Shown: in pieces, positions 10,529 to 19,539 of the stretch
Layout: every line of letters starts with the position of its first letter
How positions within the stretch are numbered: the first letter of the stretch is position 1
Source: Desulfonatronovibrio sp.
Lineage (GTDB): Bacteria; Desulfobacterota; Desulfovibrionia; Desulfovibrionales; Desulfonatronovibrionaceae
Assembly (NCBI GenBank): GCA_046260325.1
Contig: JBHEPK010000003.1
Location: 1 to 35,631 of the forward strand
Length of the DNA stretch: 35,631 nt
Direction: 5' to 3'
Translations under genes and position numbers: made by a program
The notes under the pieces: model-generated
The model's input: the letters and a program-made list of their open reading frames with translations, nothing else
The model's database searches: none
What the model was told of the DNA's origin: nothing

Positions 10529-11253
10529 ACATTATTCTTGATTTCTTAGATTTCAGGCATGTTCTCAGCGAGGTTCTCATTGCCATTGGTCCCCTTGTAA
10601 TTTTTTTCCTTTTTTTTCAACTGGTCTACCTGAAGCTTTCCAGAGAATATGTAGTCAACCTTTTCAAGGGTGTTGTTTTAACTATAGCTGGTTTATGTCT
10701 TTTCCTTCAAGGTGTTCACCTGGGTTTTATGCCTGTAGGTACAGAAATGGGGGTAATCATGAACTCCTTTGAGAGAATATGGTTTATTATTCCCATTGGC
10801 TTTGTACTTGGAGTAGTGGCTACCTTCGCTGAGCCAGCTGTCCGAATCCTGTGTGTAAATGTTGAAAAGGCCTCATCCGGAGCCATTGGAATTAATTTTC
10901 TACTAACCATTCTTTCCACTGGTGTCGGTGTTTTTATTGCTCTCGGTATGGCAAAGATAATCTATGGTATCCCCATATATTACATAATTATTCCCGGTTA
11001 TGTATGTGCTCTTATTCTAATGAAATTTTGTGAACAGTCTTTCATCTCCATTGCCTTTGATGCTGGGGGAGTAGCTACAGGGCCTATGACTGTAACATTC
11101 GTCATGGCCATTGCCCTGGGTCTTGCTGAAGCCATGGATGGCAGAAGCGCTGTTCAGGATGGTTTTGGCCTTATTGCTTTAGTCGCCATGGCTCCCATTC
11201 TGTCTGTCATGATAGTGGGGGCAGTTATGAATTTCATCCAAAGGAGATCTTAA
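10525..11253 (+). CDS. DUF1538 family membrane protein (copy 2)
   Basis: TFAEPA, FDAGGVATGPMTVTF, DGFGLIALVAMAP. ATGA overlap with copy 1. Confidence 0.85.
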   Translation: MNIILDFLDFRHVLSEVLIAIGPLVIFFLFFQLVYLKLSREYVVNLFKGVVLTIAGLCLFLQGVHLGFMPVGTEMGVIMNSFERIWFIIPIGFVLGVVATFAEPAVRILCVNVEKASSGAIGINFLLTILSTGVGVFIALGMAKIIYGIPIYYIIIPGYVCALILMKFCEQSFISIAFDAGGVATGPMTVTFVMAIALGLAEAMDGRSAVQDGFGLIALVAMAPILSVMIVGAVMNFIQRRS

Positions 11254-11601
11254 ATGAACCCTGACACAGGATTCGATCTTATCGTAACCATTGTCAACAA
11301 AGGTACATGCCAGACAATTATCAAGGCTTCCAAAAAAGCTGGAGCAGAAGGCGGTACCATTATCATGGGCCGTGGAACCGGCATAAGGGAAAACAAAACC
11401 CTTTTGGGCATCCCCATTGAGCCGGAAAAAGAAATTGTTTTGACCATTGTACCATCTGACATGACTGAAAAAGTCCTTTCAGGCATTGTTGATGAAGGAA
11501 AACTCAACCAGCCCGGTGCAGGAATTGCCTTTGTACTTGACTTGAAAAAAGTCACCGGTATCTGTCATTTATGTGCTACAAATGATGATCAGAATGATTA
11601 A
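11254..11601 (+). CDS. P-II-like signal transduction protein
   Basis: LIVTIV..G, AGAEGGTIIMGRGTG, EPEKEIV, PGAGIAFV. About 115 aa with PII-fold motifs. Confidence 0.85.
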   Translation: MNPDTGFDLIVTIVNKGTCQTIIKASKKAGAEGGTIIMGRGTGIRENKTLLGIPIEPEKEIVLTIVPSDMTEKVLSGIVDEGKLNQPGAGIAFVLDLKKVTGICHLCATNDDQND

Positions 11602-11738
11602 CCTATTTACTCTTCACCATTGGGCAGACAACCTGGGCTGTCCGTCTCCCGGCTGAATTTTTGCAATTAATCCTGACTGTGACAAAAAAAATAAATTCAG
11701 CTGATATTCTATCCCTGCATCTTTTCTTTTTTCTGCAC

Positions 11739-11766
11739 TTGACTATAGTTTCTGCTCAGGTATTAT
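11739..11766 (+). promoter_or_regulatory. Putative sigma70 promoter for the 11853 gene
   Basis: TTGACT-16 bp-TATTAT. Confidence 0.5.
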
Positions 11767-11852
11767 GTCTTTTGAATATTTTTGCCTTTTATGTATTAAA
11801 ATATTGATCAGCTCTTAATTGAGCAGGTCATTAAAACTTATGGAGGTTTGTA

Positions 11853-12143
11853 ATGAGTGAAAAAAGAGATGCATTTGTTCAGAAAGTCAAAGCCAAAATT
11901 GACGAGTGGAATGCTGAAATAGACAAATTAAGCGCCAAAGCCGACCAGGCCGAAGCTGAGGCAAAAATAGAGTATGAAAATGAAATTCAAGAATTGAGAA
12001 CATATCGTGATGAAGCCAGGCAGAAGCTTGAAAAGCTGCAGCAGGCTGGAGAAGGAGCATGGGAAGACTTCAAGGCTGGAGCTGAAATGGCTTTTGATGC
12101 TTTGAGCCAGGCAATGGAGTCAGCCAGGCAGAGATTTAAATAA
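11853..12143 (+). CDS. Small coiled-coil protein (sll1863-like stress-response family, tentative)
   Basis: GGAGG RBS; KAKIDEWNAEIDKL.AKA...AGEGAWEDFKAGAE pattern. Confidence 0.75.
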   Translation: MSEKRDAFVQKVKAKIDEWNAEIDKLSAKADQAEAEAKIEYENEIQELRTYRDEARQKLEKLQQAGEGAWEDFKAGAEMAFDALSQAMESARQRFK

Positions 12144-12149
12144 GCTTTA

Positions 12150-12270
12150 GATTTTCTGAGGACAAAAGGAAATCAAGCAATTATGAGGAGGCGAATCTTA
12201 ATACGTTGACAAATAATTGTGCAGATTGACGCCGTCAAAAGGAAAAATAACCGTTTCCGGATGGAAACTA
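12150..12270. repeat. Degenerate palindromic interspersed repeat (MITE-like)
   Basis: Internal inverted repeat (AATC.AGCAATTAT / ATAATTGTGCAGATT). Its end TTTCCGGATGGAAACTA matches 6442-6457 as reverse complement at 15/16 nt. Confidence 0.45.
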
Positions 12271-12272
12271 AA

Positions 12273-12311
12273 TAATAAAGCCGGTCAGATTAAATCTAAC
12301 CGGCTTTATTA
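12273..12311. terminator. Bidirectional intrinsic terminator between the coiled-coil gene and the molybdoenzyme gene
   Basis: TAATAAAGCCGGT-CAGATTAAATCTA-ACCGGCTTTATTA. Confidence 0.85.
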
Positions 12312-12360
12312 CTGTAAGCTTTATGCAAAGCTGTTTATTATATTAATGTATAAATGATTT

Positions 12361-14445
12361 TTAAGCCTTCTCAATGGAAACAAAATGTTCCTGCAGAGAC
12401 AATCCGCCTCCTGATTTGCTCCACTTGTCAAGACCTCCCACCATAAGCCTGTGGTCTGCCACACCTTTATCCCTGGCTCTGGTTTCTGCGGGAACGCCGC
12501 TGTTAAAGCCGTGAACCATAAAGGCTGCTTCAGGGTGGATGAATTCGGTTACAAAGGCCTGGCTCCGGGCAGAGTAACCATTGTTTCCAGAAACCGTAAT
12601 CAGATCGCCGTTTTCAATTCCCATTTCTGCTGCTTTATCTTTGTTTATCCAGATCAGGTTTTCTGACATCTGTTCATGCAGGATGGGATTATTCATGGTG
12701 TGTCCCTGGGTATGTACACCACAGCGACCAAAGGCAATCCTGAATTGTCCTTTTTCCGGGACAGGCTTGTCTTCATAGGGCTTAAGGGATTCAACGCCAT
12801 TTTCTTCCCATTTGGCAGAAATAATCTCAATTTTGCCTGAAGGTGTTTTAAACTTGATGTTTTCCCGGTCAGAATAAACTGGCTTGTCTGTAAGACTTAC
12901 CAAACCAGTAGCATCAAAATCCTCTATTTTGACCCCGGTTCCTTCAAGCTGAAAGTTCCAGATGTCTTCAATTTTATCAAAGGCCAGCTTTTCAATACCC
13001 ATTTTCTTAGCAATACCACAAAGTATTTCCCAGTCAGCCTTAGTATCAAGGGATGGCTCTAATGCACGCTTTCTTACACAAAAATACGGTTTAGGGCCAT
13101 TTTTACAGACCATCATGCTTTCCCTTTCCAGATACGGAGAAATGGGCAGAACCACATCAGAATTCCAGGCAGTAGTGGACCATGAAAAGGTAATGGCTAC
13201 CATGAGATCGAGTTTTTCAAAAATCTTCTTCATGGCTTCTGGATCAGGCATTGCCATCATAGGATCATGCCTGTGGGCTATATATGCTTTTATGGGATAG
13301 GGATCTTCTGATTCAATTGCCTTGAAAGCCAGGTTGAGTAAACCTGGACCGGCGTCAAAATGTGTATATTTCCAGCCTACGCCATCGGCTCTTTTATCTT
13401 CAGGCTTGGGGAACTCCCCGGCAATAGATTTAAGCCCTTTGCGGCCACAGTCTGCTGGCTTGGTCATCAGAGGAAGCCCGCCTTTGGTGCCGATGCTTCC
13501 CAGCAGAGCATTTATAATATAAGCGGTCCTTGCTACATAAAAAGAATCTTCATACCTCGCTGCCATCCATCCCGGATGCCAGAGCACTGCTGGCTTTGCT
13601 TTGGCCAGCTGGGCAACAAAGGCTCTCAAATCTTCTGCATTAACACCTGTCTTTTCAGCTGCCCATTCAGGGGTATAATCACTTACAAAGGCTTTGAGCT
13701 TGTCAAAACCATCCACATTCTTCTGAACGTAATCATTATCATAAAGTTTCTTATTAATGAGCTCATTAATAACCGCCAGATTAAAAGCATAGTCTGTTCC
13801 CGGACAGATCTGAAAATAATTATCTGCTTTTCCTGCTGAGATATTGGCCCGGATATCAATAACTGTCAGCTTTGCACCTGCTGCCAGACCATCCAGGACA
13901 GAATTGACTTCGCCTACATTTATGGCTTCAAAAACATTTCTGGTCTGAAGAACAATATGCTTGGAATTCTTATAGTCGTAGGAAACCCCTTTTCTTCCCA
14001 GCCCGGTAATAGACAGATTGGCATGGTGGACATTACGTCCGCATGATACATCATGATTGCAGTAGTTCGGAGAACCAAGAGCTTTGACAAAGGCCTTGTT
14101 CATATCAGCAAAAGGTCCGGAATGATCAGACCAGAGAATTGATTTGCCCCCATGTTCGTCAATAATACCTTTGAGTTTTTCAGCTACATATTCAAATGCT
14201 TCTTCCCAGGTAGCTTTTCTCCATTTGCCTTCTCCACGTTCACCCTCACGGATAAGCGGCTGCCTTATCCTGTCTGAATCATTCAGAAGTCCCGGACCAG
14301 CAGCACCCCTTGCACACAAAGCACCCTTCAAGGCCGTGTGGGGATTCCCCTGAATAAATTTAATATCATCTCCTTCCAGATCCACCTGAATAGGACACCT
14401 GACTGTACACATCCCGCATAAGCTAAAAACACTATTTTTGGCCAT
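12361..14445 (-). CDS. Mo/W-bisPGD oxidoreductase catalytic subunit, PsrA/PhsA/SoeA-like, without Tat signal (cytoplasmic)
   Basis: FS0 motif CGMCTVRC..LCARG directly at the N-terminus; likely Cys Mo-ligand in NHDVSC; PGTDYA, SDVVLPISPYLER, FKTPSGKIEI, HTQGHTMNN. GGGAGG RBS. No RRxFLK. Confidence 0.92.
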   Translation of the reverse strand: MAKNSVFSLCGMCTVRCPIQVDLEGDDIKFIQGNPHTALKGALCARGAAGPGLLNDSDRIRQPLIREGERGEGKWRKATWEEAFEYVAEKLKGIIDEHGGKSILWSDHSGPFADMNKAFVKALGSPNYCNHDVSCGRNVHHANLSITGLGRKGVSYDYKNSKHIVLQTRNVFEAINVGEVNSVLDGLAAGAKLTVIDIRANISAGKADNYFQICPGTDYAFNLAVINELINKKLYDNDYVQKNVDGFDKLKAFVSDYTPEWAAEKTGVNAEDLRAFVAQLAKAKPAVLWHPGWMAARYEDSFYVARTAYIINALLGSIGTKGGLPLMTKPADCGRKGLKSIAGEFPKPEDKRADGVGWKYTHFDAGPGLLNLAFKAIESEDPYPIKAYIAHRHDPMMAMPDPEAMKKIFEKLDLMVAITFSWSTTAWNSDVVLPISPYLERESMMVCKNGPKPYFCVRKRALEPSLDTKADWEILCGIAKKMGIEKLAFDKIEDIWNFQLEGTGVKIEDFDATGLVSLTDKPVYSDRENIKFKTPSGKIEIISAKWEENGVESLKPYEDKPVPEKGQFRIAFGRCGVHTQGHTMNNPILHEQMSENLIWINKDKAAEMGIENGDLITVSGNNGYSARSQAFVTEFIHPEAAFMVHGFNSGVPAETRARDKGVADHRLMVGGLDKWSKSGGGLSLQEHFVSIEKA

Positions 14446-14539
14446 ATAATCCTCCCAATTTTTTCCCCTGTTATCAGACCTGAAAAATTATGACAAGCAA
14501 AAATGCACTTTGGGAAAAAAAAAACAAGCATTTTTTCCC

Positions 14540-14570
14540 TTGACATAAACTTCCCATTAGGGTTTATAGT
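14540..14570 (+). promoter_or_regulatory. Putative sigma70 promoter of the nuo-like operon with 19-bp spacer and internal dyad
   Basis: TTGACA-19 bp-TATAGT with ATAAAC...GTTTAT inverted repeat. Confidence 0.45.
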
Positions 14571-14635
14571 GCTAAATATTTTATTAACACTTGTATTTGC
14601 TTGGTTAAACTCTAATTTTAAGGAAGAGAAACAAC

Positions 14636-15016
14636 ATGAGCGTATCCTGGCTTCATTTTGCGATCATACTTTTCTTCATACACGGTATTATTTTTGCCGT
14701 TGCTCCTTTTATTTTATCAATTCTGATTTCTCCCAGGGCTAAAGCTGATGAACTATCAATGCCATACGAATGCGGTATGTCGCCATATGGATCAGCATGG
14801 GTCAAATTTGGCATAAATTACTATTTTTATGCATTGCTGTTCTTAGCATTTGACGTTGATGTACTGTATCTTTTTCCAATAGCAACATATTATGCAGAAA
14901 GTACAGGTATAGTTCCATTTGTTAAGCTTTGTATTTTTATTGTTATTCTGTTCGCATCTGTTATCTACTTCTGGAAAAAAGGAGTCTTTACATGGCCCAA
15001 GAGAATCAAGTTCTAA
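14636..15016 (+). CDS. nuoA: Complex I-like subunit A
   Basis: [27 protein letters not shown]. Confidence 0.93.
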   Translation: MSVSWLHFAIILFFIHGIIFAVAPFILSILISPRAKADELSMPYECGMSPYGSAWVKFGINYYFYALLFLAFDVDVLYLFPIATYYAESTGIVPFVKLCIFIVILFASVIYFWKKGVFTWPKRIKF

Positions 15017-15531
15017 CACTCAACCCTGCTGATACAGAAATAGACCAGCCCATAGTTAATCTGCGTCTGGTCAATAAATATGTCGATCTGTGTCGCTCAA
15101 TGTCACTATGGCCCATGACTTTTGGTCTGGCCTGCTGCGCCATTGAAATGATGGCCATCGGTATGGCCAGGTTTGACGTGGCCAGGTTTGGAGCAGAAGT
15201 ATTCAGGCCATCACCAAGACAGTCAGACTTGATGATCGTTGCCGGAACAGTTTCAAAAAAGATGGCTCCGATGGTCGTTAGGCTGTATGAGCAGATGCCT
15301 GCTCCCAAGTGGGTAATAGCCATGGGCAATTGCGCCATTTCTGGAGGCCCCTTCAAATTTAAAGGGCAGTATGGAATAGTTGAAGGTGTTGACCAGCTTA
15401 TACCTGTTGATGTTTACGTTCCAGGATGTCCGCCAAGACCTGAAGGTCTTCTTGAAGGTCTTTTTCAGCTCCAGAAGAAAATTACCAACAAACGCTGGTG
15501 GCCCTTGCCCCAAGGAGAAAATCATGAGTAG
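14992..15531 (+). CDS. nuoB: Complex I-like subunit B (cluster N2)
   Basis: [34 protein letters not shown]. Start set at ATG 14992 after AAGGAG. Confidence 0.96.
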   Translation: MAQENQVLTLNPADTEIDQPIVNLRLVNKYVDLCRSMSLWPMTFGLACCAIEMMAIGMARFDVARFGAEVFRPSPRQSDLMIVAGTVSKKMAPMVVRLYEQMPAPKWVIAMGNCAISGGPFKFKGQYGIVEGVDQLIPVDVYVPGCPPRPEGLLEGLFQLQKKITNKRWWPLPQGENHE

Positions 15532-16054
15532 CGTTAAGTCTCAGGAACTTACTGAAGCCTGCTCTAACTTTGGCCAAAGATCCAGCAATGGATACAGTGC
15601 GGAAGTCTATCTTGCTCCTGAAGACCTTCTTCAAGGTGTAGAAAAAATCAACCAGGCCGGCTTTTTTATTGAAGATGTATCATGCTTGGATATAAAAGAG
15701 GGATTCCAGCTGGTATATCATTTTGATCACTTTGAAAAACATCATCGCATTTGTCTCAGGGTAATTATTGCCCGGGAAAATCCAGAGATTCCTTCCATAG
15801 CATCTATTTATCCTGGTGCTGACTGGCATGAGCGCGAATGTTTCGACTTTTTCGGAATTCAGTTTAAAAACCATCCCAATCTAATTCCACTTCTGCTGGA
15901 TCCTGACCATGACGGACCACCACCACTGATAAAAGAAGAAAATAAACGTAAAGATATGTATCAGTTATTTCCCGGCTGGACGGGAAGTACCATAAAGCCT
16001 GATAGTGATGAGTTTTCAGAGGCAATCAATAACAGATTAAAAACTGCCAAATAG
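15524..16054 (+). CDS. nuoC: Complex I-like subunit C
   Basis: [31 protein letters not shown]. Start at ATG 15524 after AAGGAG. Confidence 0.92.
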   Translation: MSSVKSQELTEACSNFGQRSSNGYSAEVYLAPEDLLQGVEKINQAGFFIEDVSCLDIKEGFQLVYHFDHFEKHHRICLRVIIARENPEIPSIASIYPGADWHERECFDFFGIQFKNHPNLIPLLLDPDHDGPPPLIKEENKRKDMYQLFPGWTGSTIKPDSDEFSEAINNRLKTAK

Positions 16055-16063
16055 GAATCATCA

Positions 16064-17224
16064 ATGAATCTGGATCTACGACTTGACACCAGCGGCGACT
16101 ATTACGCCCGCAAGTTTCAGCCTACCCAGCGCGATGACACACTGATTTTGAACATGGGACCTCAGCATCCCTCAACACACGGTGTTCTGCGCGTTCTTTT
16201 GGAAATCGACGGTGAATACATCGTCAGGTCAGAACCTGTCCTGGGCTACATTCATCGCATGCATGAAAAAATGGCTGAAGTAAAAACTTACGCGCAATTT
16301 CTACCCAACACCGGACGGGCTGATTACCTGCACGCCCTGGCCTGGAACTGGGCTTACACCGGGGCTGTGGAACGGCTCATGGGCATCCAGGTTCCTGAAC
16401 GGGCTGAATACATCAGGGTTATCACCTGTGAGCTCAACAGAATCAATTCACACCTGCTGTGGTGGGGTGCTTATCTTTTGGATCTGGGAGCATTCACTCC
16501 TATCATGTACGCCTTTTCAGATCGCGAAAGAATTATGGATATCCTGCAGAGGGTTACAGGATCAAGACTGACTTATTGCTACTACAGATTCGGCGGAGTC
16601 AGCGCTGATATTGATGACAAATTCATTGCAGATGTTCGGGAATTCTGCGACAGCATGGACGAACGCCTTAAAATATTTAAAGACCTGGTTACCGGAAATA
16701 TCATCCTGCGCAAAAGAGTTGAGGAAATCGGCTATATAGATGTAGAAACCCTGCGCAAATATGGTGCTACAGGACCAGTTCTGCGGGGATCTGGAATTGA
16801 ATACGATGTAAGACGCTCAGAACCATATTCCATATACGACCGCTTCGACTTCAGGGTGCCCACCTATCCTGAAGGGGACGCCCTTGCAAGATATATGGTA
16901 AGAATGGATGAAATAGAAGAAAGCATTAAAATTATTCAACAGGCTTTGAACTCATTGCCCAAGGGACAATACATCAACCCCACAGCCCCGAGAAGACCCT
17001 GCCCGCCCAAGGGTGATACCTACTTTGCAGTGGAAAGCGGCAGAGGCAAGGTAGGCTTTCATCTTGTCAGTCATGGTGGAGAATCACCGTATCGTTTGAA
17101 ACTTCGCGCTCCGAGCTTCAGTAACCTGAGTCTGTTTTCAGAAGTATCCGCAGGAACCCTGCTCTCAGACGCTGTATCAATACTCGGCAGCCTGGACCTC
17201 GTTATCCCGGAGATAGACAGATGA
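16064..17224 (+). CDS. nuoD: Complex I-like subunit D (quinone-binding, no NiFe cysteines)
   Basis: LNMGPQHPSTHGVLR, GRADY, ELNRINSHL, C-terminal LDLVIPEIDR. No CxxC motifs. Confidence 0.96.
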   Translation: MNLDLRLDTSGDYYARKFQPTQRDDTLILNMGPQHPSTHGVLRVLLEIDGEYIVRSEPVLGYIHRMHEKMAEVKTYAQFLPNTGRADYLHALAWNWAYTGAVERLMGIQVPERAEYIRVITCELNRINSHLLWWGAYLLDLGAFTPIMYAFSDRERIMDILQRVTGSRLTYCYYRFGGVSADIDDKFIADVREFCDSMDERLKIFKDLVTGNIILRKRVEEIGYIDVETLRKYGATGPVLRGSGIEYDVRRSEPYSIYDRFDFRVPTYPEGDALARYMVRMDEIEESIKIIQQALNSLPKGQYINPTAPRRPCPPKGDTYFAVESGRGKVGFHLVSHGGESPYRLKLRAPSFSNLSLFSEVSAGTLLSDAVSILGSLDLVIPEIDR

Positions 17225-18195
17225 TAGAAACAATACCAACACAACTGATTGCTGTCGGGGTAGGACTGGCCGCCATAATGGCCTTTATCGGTCTTAACGG
17301 CCTTGTACTGGTCTACCTCGAAAGAAAAGTGGCAGGTTTTATCCAGAGAAGACCTGGACCCTATGAAGTAGGTCCCTGGGGTATTTTGCAGCCCCTCGCA
17401 GACGGACTTAAGCTGGTTGGCAAGCAAATGTTCAACCCCAAAGGCGCAGACAAATTATTATTCTGGCTCGCTCCCATGCTCTCCATGGCTCCTGTCCTGG
17501 TCTGTTTCCTTGCTGTTCCTTTTGGTCCCCACCTTTCCATATTCAAGGAATTGAATGTGGGCCTTATCCTGATTTTGGCTTTTACCGGAATAAATGTGCT
17601 TGCCCTGTGCCTTGCCGGTTGGGCTTCCCAGAATAAATATGCACTTCTTGGAGCTGCAAGAGATATTTCCCAGTCAGTAGCTTATGAAATACCACTGCTG
17701 CTTTCTGTCCTGCCCATTGTATTCATGACAGGAACATTGAATCTTTATGAAATATCAGCAGGACAGGGATCCTGGCCCTGGCAATGGCATGTTTTTGCCC
17801 AGCCCCTGGCTTTTGTAATATTTTTCATCTGCGCCCTTGCAGAAACAAACAGGGCCCCTTTTGACCTGCCTGAAGCAGAAAGTGAACTCACAGCAGGATT
17901 TCATACTGAATACTCGGGCATGGGCTTTGGAGTTTTCTTCCTTGCTGAATATGCCTATATGATCGTTGCCTGCAGCATAGCAACAGTGCTCTTTCTTGGT
18001 GGATGGAACGGACCTGTTATTTCCGGATGGTGGTGGTTCCTGACAAAGGTATATCTACTGCTTCTAATCATGATGTGGTTCAGATGGACCTATCCCAGGG
18101 TGCGTTTTGACCAGCTGCTGAACCTTTGCTGGAAGTGGCTCATACCTCTGACTGTTATTAACCTTTTGATTACAGCTCTGGTGGTTGCTTTATGA
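17221..18195 (+). CDS. nuoH: Complex I-like subunit H
   Basis: ERKVAGFIQRRPGP, QPLADGLKL, ETNRAPFDLPEAESELTAGFHTEYSG, PRVRFDQL. Confidence 0.97.
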   Translation: MIETIPTQLIAVGVGLAAIMAFIGLNGLVLVYLERKVAGFIQRRPGPYEVGPWGILQPLADGLKLVGKQMFNPKGADKLLFWLAPMLSMAPVLVCFLAVPFGPHLSIFKELNVGLILILAFTGINVLALCLAGWASQNKYALLGAARDISQSVAYEIPLLLSVLPIVFMTGTLNLYEISAGQGSWPWQWHVFAQPLAFVIFFICALAETNRAPFDLPEAESELTAGFHTEYSGMGFGVFFLAEYAYMIVACSIATVLFLGGWNGPVISGWWWFLTKVYLLLLIMMWFRWTYPRVRFDQLLNLCWKWLIPLTVINLLITALVVAL

Positions 18196-18722
18196 TTAAG
18201 ACATTAAAAGAAGCCGTCTCAGGCGTATGGAGTATGCTTGTAGGGCTGAAAGTTACTGGAATAAACTTTTTCCAGCCACAGGTTACTGTTCACTATCCGA
18301 GACAGACAGCACCCCTTGAGGGATATCGAGGACACATCGAGCTGGTCGCAAAAGATAGTGATCCGTATGAATCAAAATGTGTAGCTTGTGGAACCTGCGC
18401 ATTGCTCTGTCCATCCCAATGTATTTCAATGAAAATTGACAAAAGCGGTCTTCCGCAGAAAACACACAGGGCTGTTCATCCTGACATGAAAGAACTGCCC
18501 CTGGACCTCAGGCATATTCATCCGGAAAAAATGGATAAGAAACCGCGCCAGTTTCACCTGGACTTCAATTACTGCAGTTTGTGCGGTTTGTGCGTACAGA
18601 ACTGCCCTTCTAAAGCACTGAGATTTTCCAGCGATGTATATCTTGCCGGCTACAGCAGGCAGGAATTTGAATACGACCTCATGGCCAGGTTGCGTTATCA
18701 GGCTCAAAAAAAGGAGAAATAA
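18192..18722 (+). CDS. nuoI: Complex I-like subunit I (2x[4Fe-4S])
   Basis: VTVHYP, CVACGTCALLCP and CSLCGLCVQNCP. Confidence 0.93.
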   Translation: MIKTLKEAVSGVWSMLVGLKVTGINFFQPQVTVHYPRQTAPLEGYRGHIELVAKDSDPYESKCVACGTCALLCPSQCISMKIDKSGLPQKTHRAVHPDMKELPLDLRHIHPEKMDKKPRQFHLDFNYCSLCGLCVQNCPSKALRFSSDVYLAGYSRQEFEYDLMARLRYQAQKKEK

Positions 18723-19232
18723 ATGGAAAACCTAGCCTACATAGTTCTCGCAGGACATATAGGATTCATTGTTGTCGGCGGGTTTATGACTGTTCTTGCT
18801 GAAAGCCTTGTCCGGGCCTTGCTGGGACTCATAATGACGCTGTTTGGAGTGGCTGGACTTTATTTTCTAATGGCAGCCCCATTTATTGGACTGATGCAGA
18901 TACTGATTTATGTTGGTGCGGTCAGCGTACTCATTTTCTTTGCAATAATGCTTACCCAGGCATGGTCAGGTGGTGATGAGGCTAAACCCAGGAGCATAAA
19001 AACAACAGTTTATGCTCTAATGGGCGCACTTGCTCCAGCGATATTTCTGGGGCTCGCTGTAATTCGCACTGCACCTCCTTCCATATTTACACCTGAAGAA
19101 ACTGAGATAAAGGCCCTGGGAAGATTTCTCATGGAACCGTACATACTTCCCTTTGAACTTATTTCTCTGCTTTTGACCGTAGCAATGGCCGGAGCTGTGA
19201 TACTCGGATTTGACAGGAGGAAAGAAAGATGA
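18723..19232 (+). CDS. nuoJ: Complex I-like subunit J
   Basis: QILIYVGAVSVLIFFAIML, YILPFELISLLL. Confidence 0.94.
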   Translation: MENLAYIVLAGHIGFIVVGGFMTVLAESLVRALLGLIMTLFGVAGLYFLMAAPFIGLMQILIYVGAVSVLIFFAIMLTQAWSGGDEAKPRSIKTTVYALMGALAPAIFLGLAVIRTAPPSIFTPEETEIKALGRFLMEPYILPFELISLLLTVAMAGAVILGFDRRKER

Positions 19233-19537
19233 ACCCCATGACCATTTATCAGCTTACAGCCGTGTTTCTTTTATGTATGGGCATTTTCTGTGTGCTGTAC
19301 AGACGAACACTTATTGGAATGATTCTTGGAATAGAGCTGATGCTCAACGGAGCTGGTTTAAGCATAATGGCCTCTGCCCAGCTCACTCCCACACCAAATG
19401 AAATAGGTCAGATTGGTACACTTCTCGTTATGGGAATAGCCGCAGCCGAGGCAACTCTTCTTCTGGCTATACTGCTGGTGGTTTCCAAAAGATTCAAAAG
19501 TGTTTCTCCTGACAAACTAATCACAATGCGAGGATAA
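19229..19537 (+). CDS. nuoK: Complex I-like subunit K
   Basis: IELMLNG, IAAAEA. Three TM segments. Confidence 0.94.
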   Translation: MNPMTIYQLTAVFLLCMGIFCVLYRRTLIGMILGIELMLNGAGLSIMASAQLTPTPNEIGQIGTLLVMGIAAAEATLLLAILLVVSKRFKSVSPDKLITMRG

Positions 19538-19539
19538 GA

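Noticed and set aside
11620-11705. Riboswitch or sRNA after the PII-like gene
   Set aside because: Only weak hairpins (GCTGAATTT/AAATTCAGC) and no recognisable aptamer; more likely terminator-related.
12361-14445. Periplasmic thiosulfate/polysulfide reductase, formate dehydrogenase or NuoG
   Set aside because: No Tat peptide or PsrC; no FDH-type C/U-H motif; no N-terminal [2Fe-2S] domains of NuoG; the 694-aa ORF is uninterrupted, so no selenocysteine is needed.
14992-17224. Group 4 [NiFe]-hydrogenase (Ech/Hyf/Coo) interpretation
   Set aside because: The large subunit has RADY and EIDR in place of the RxCxxC and DPCxxC Ni-binding motifs, the small subunit has the complex I tandem CC, and nuoA is present.
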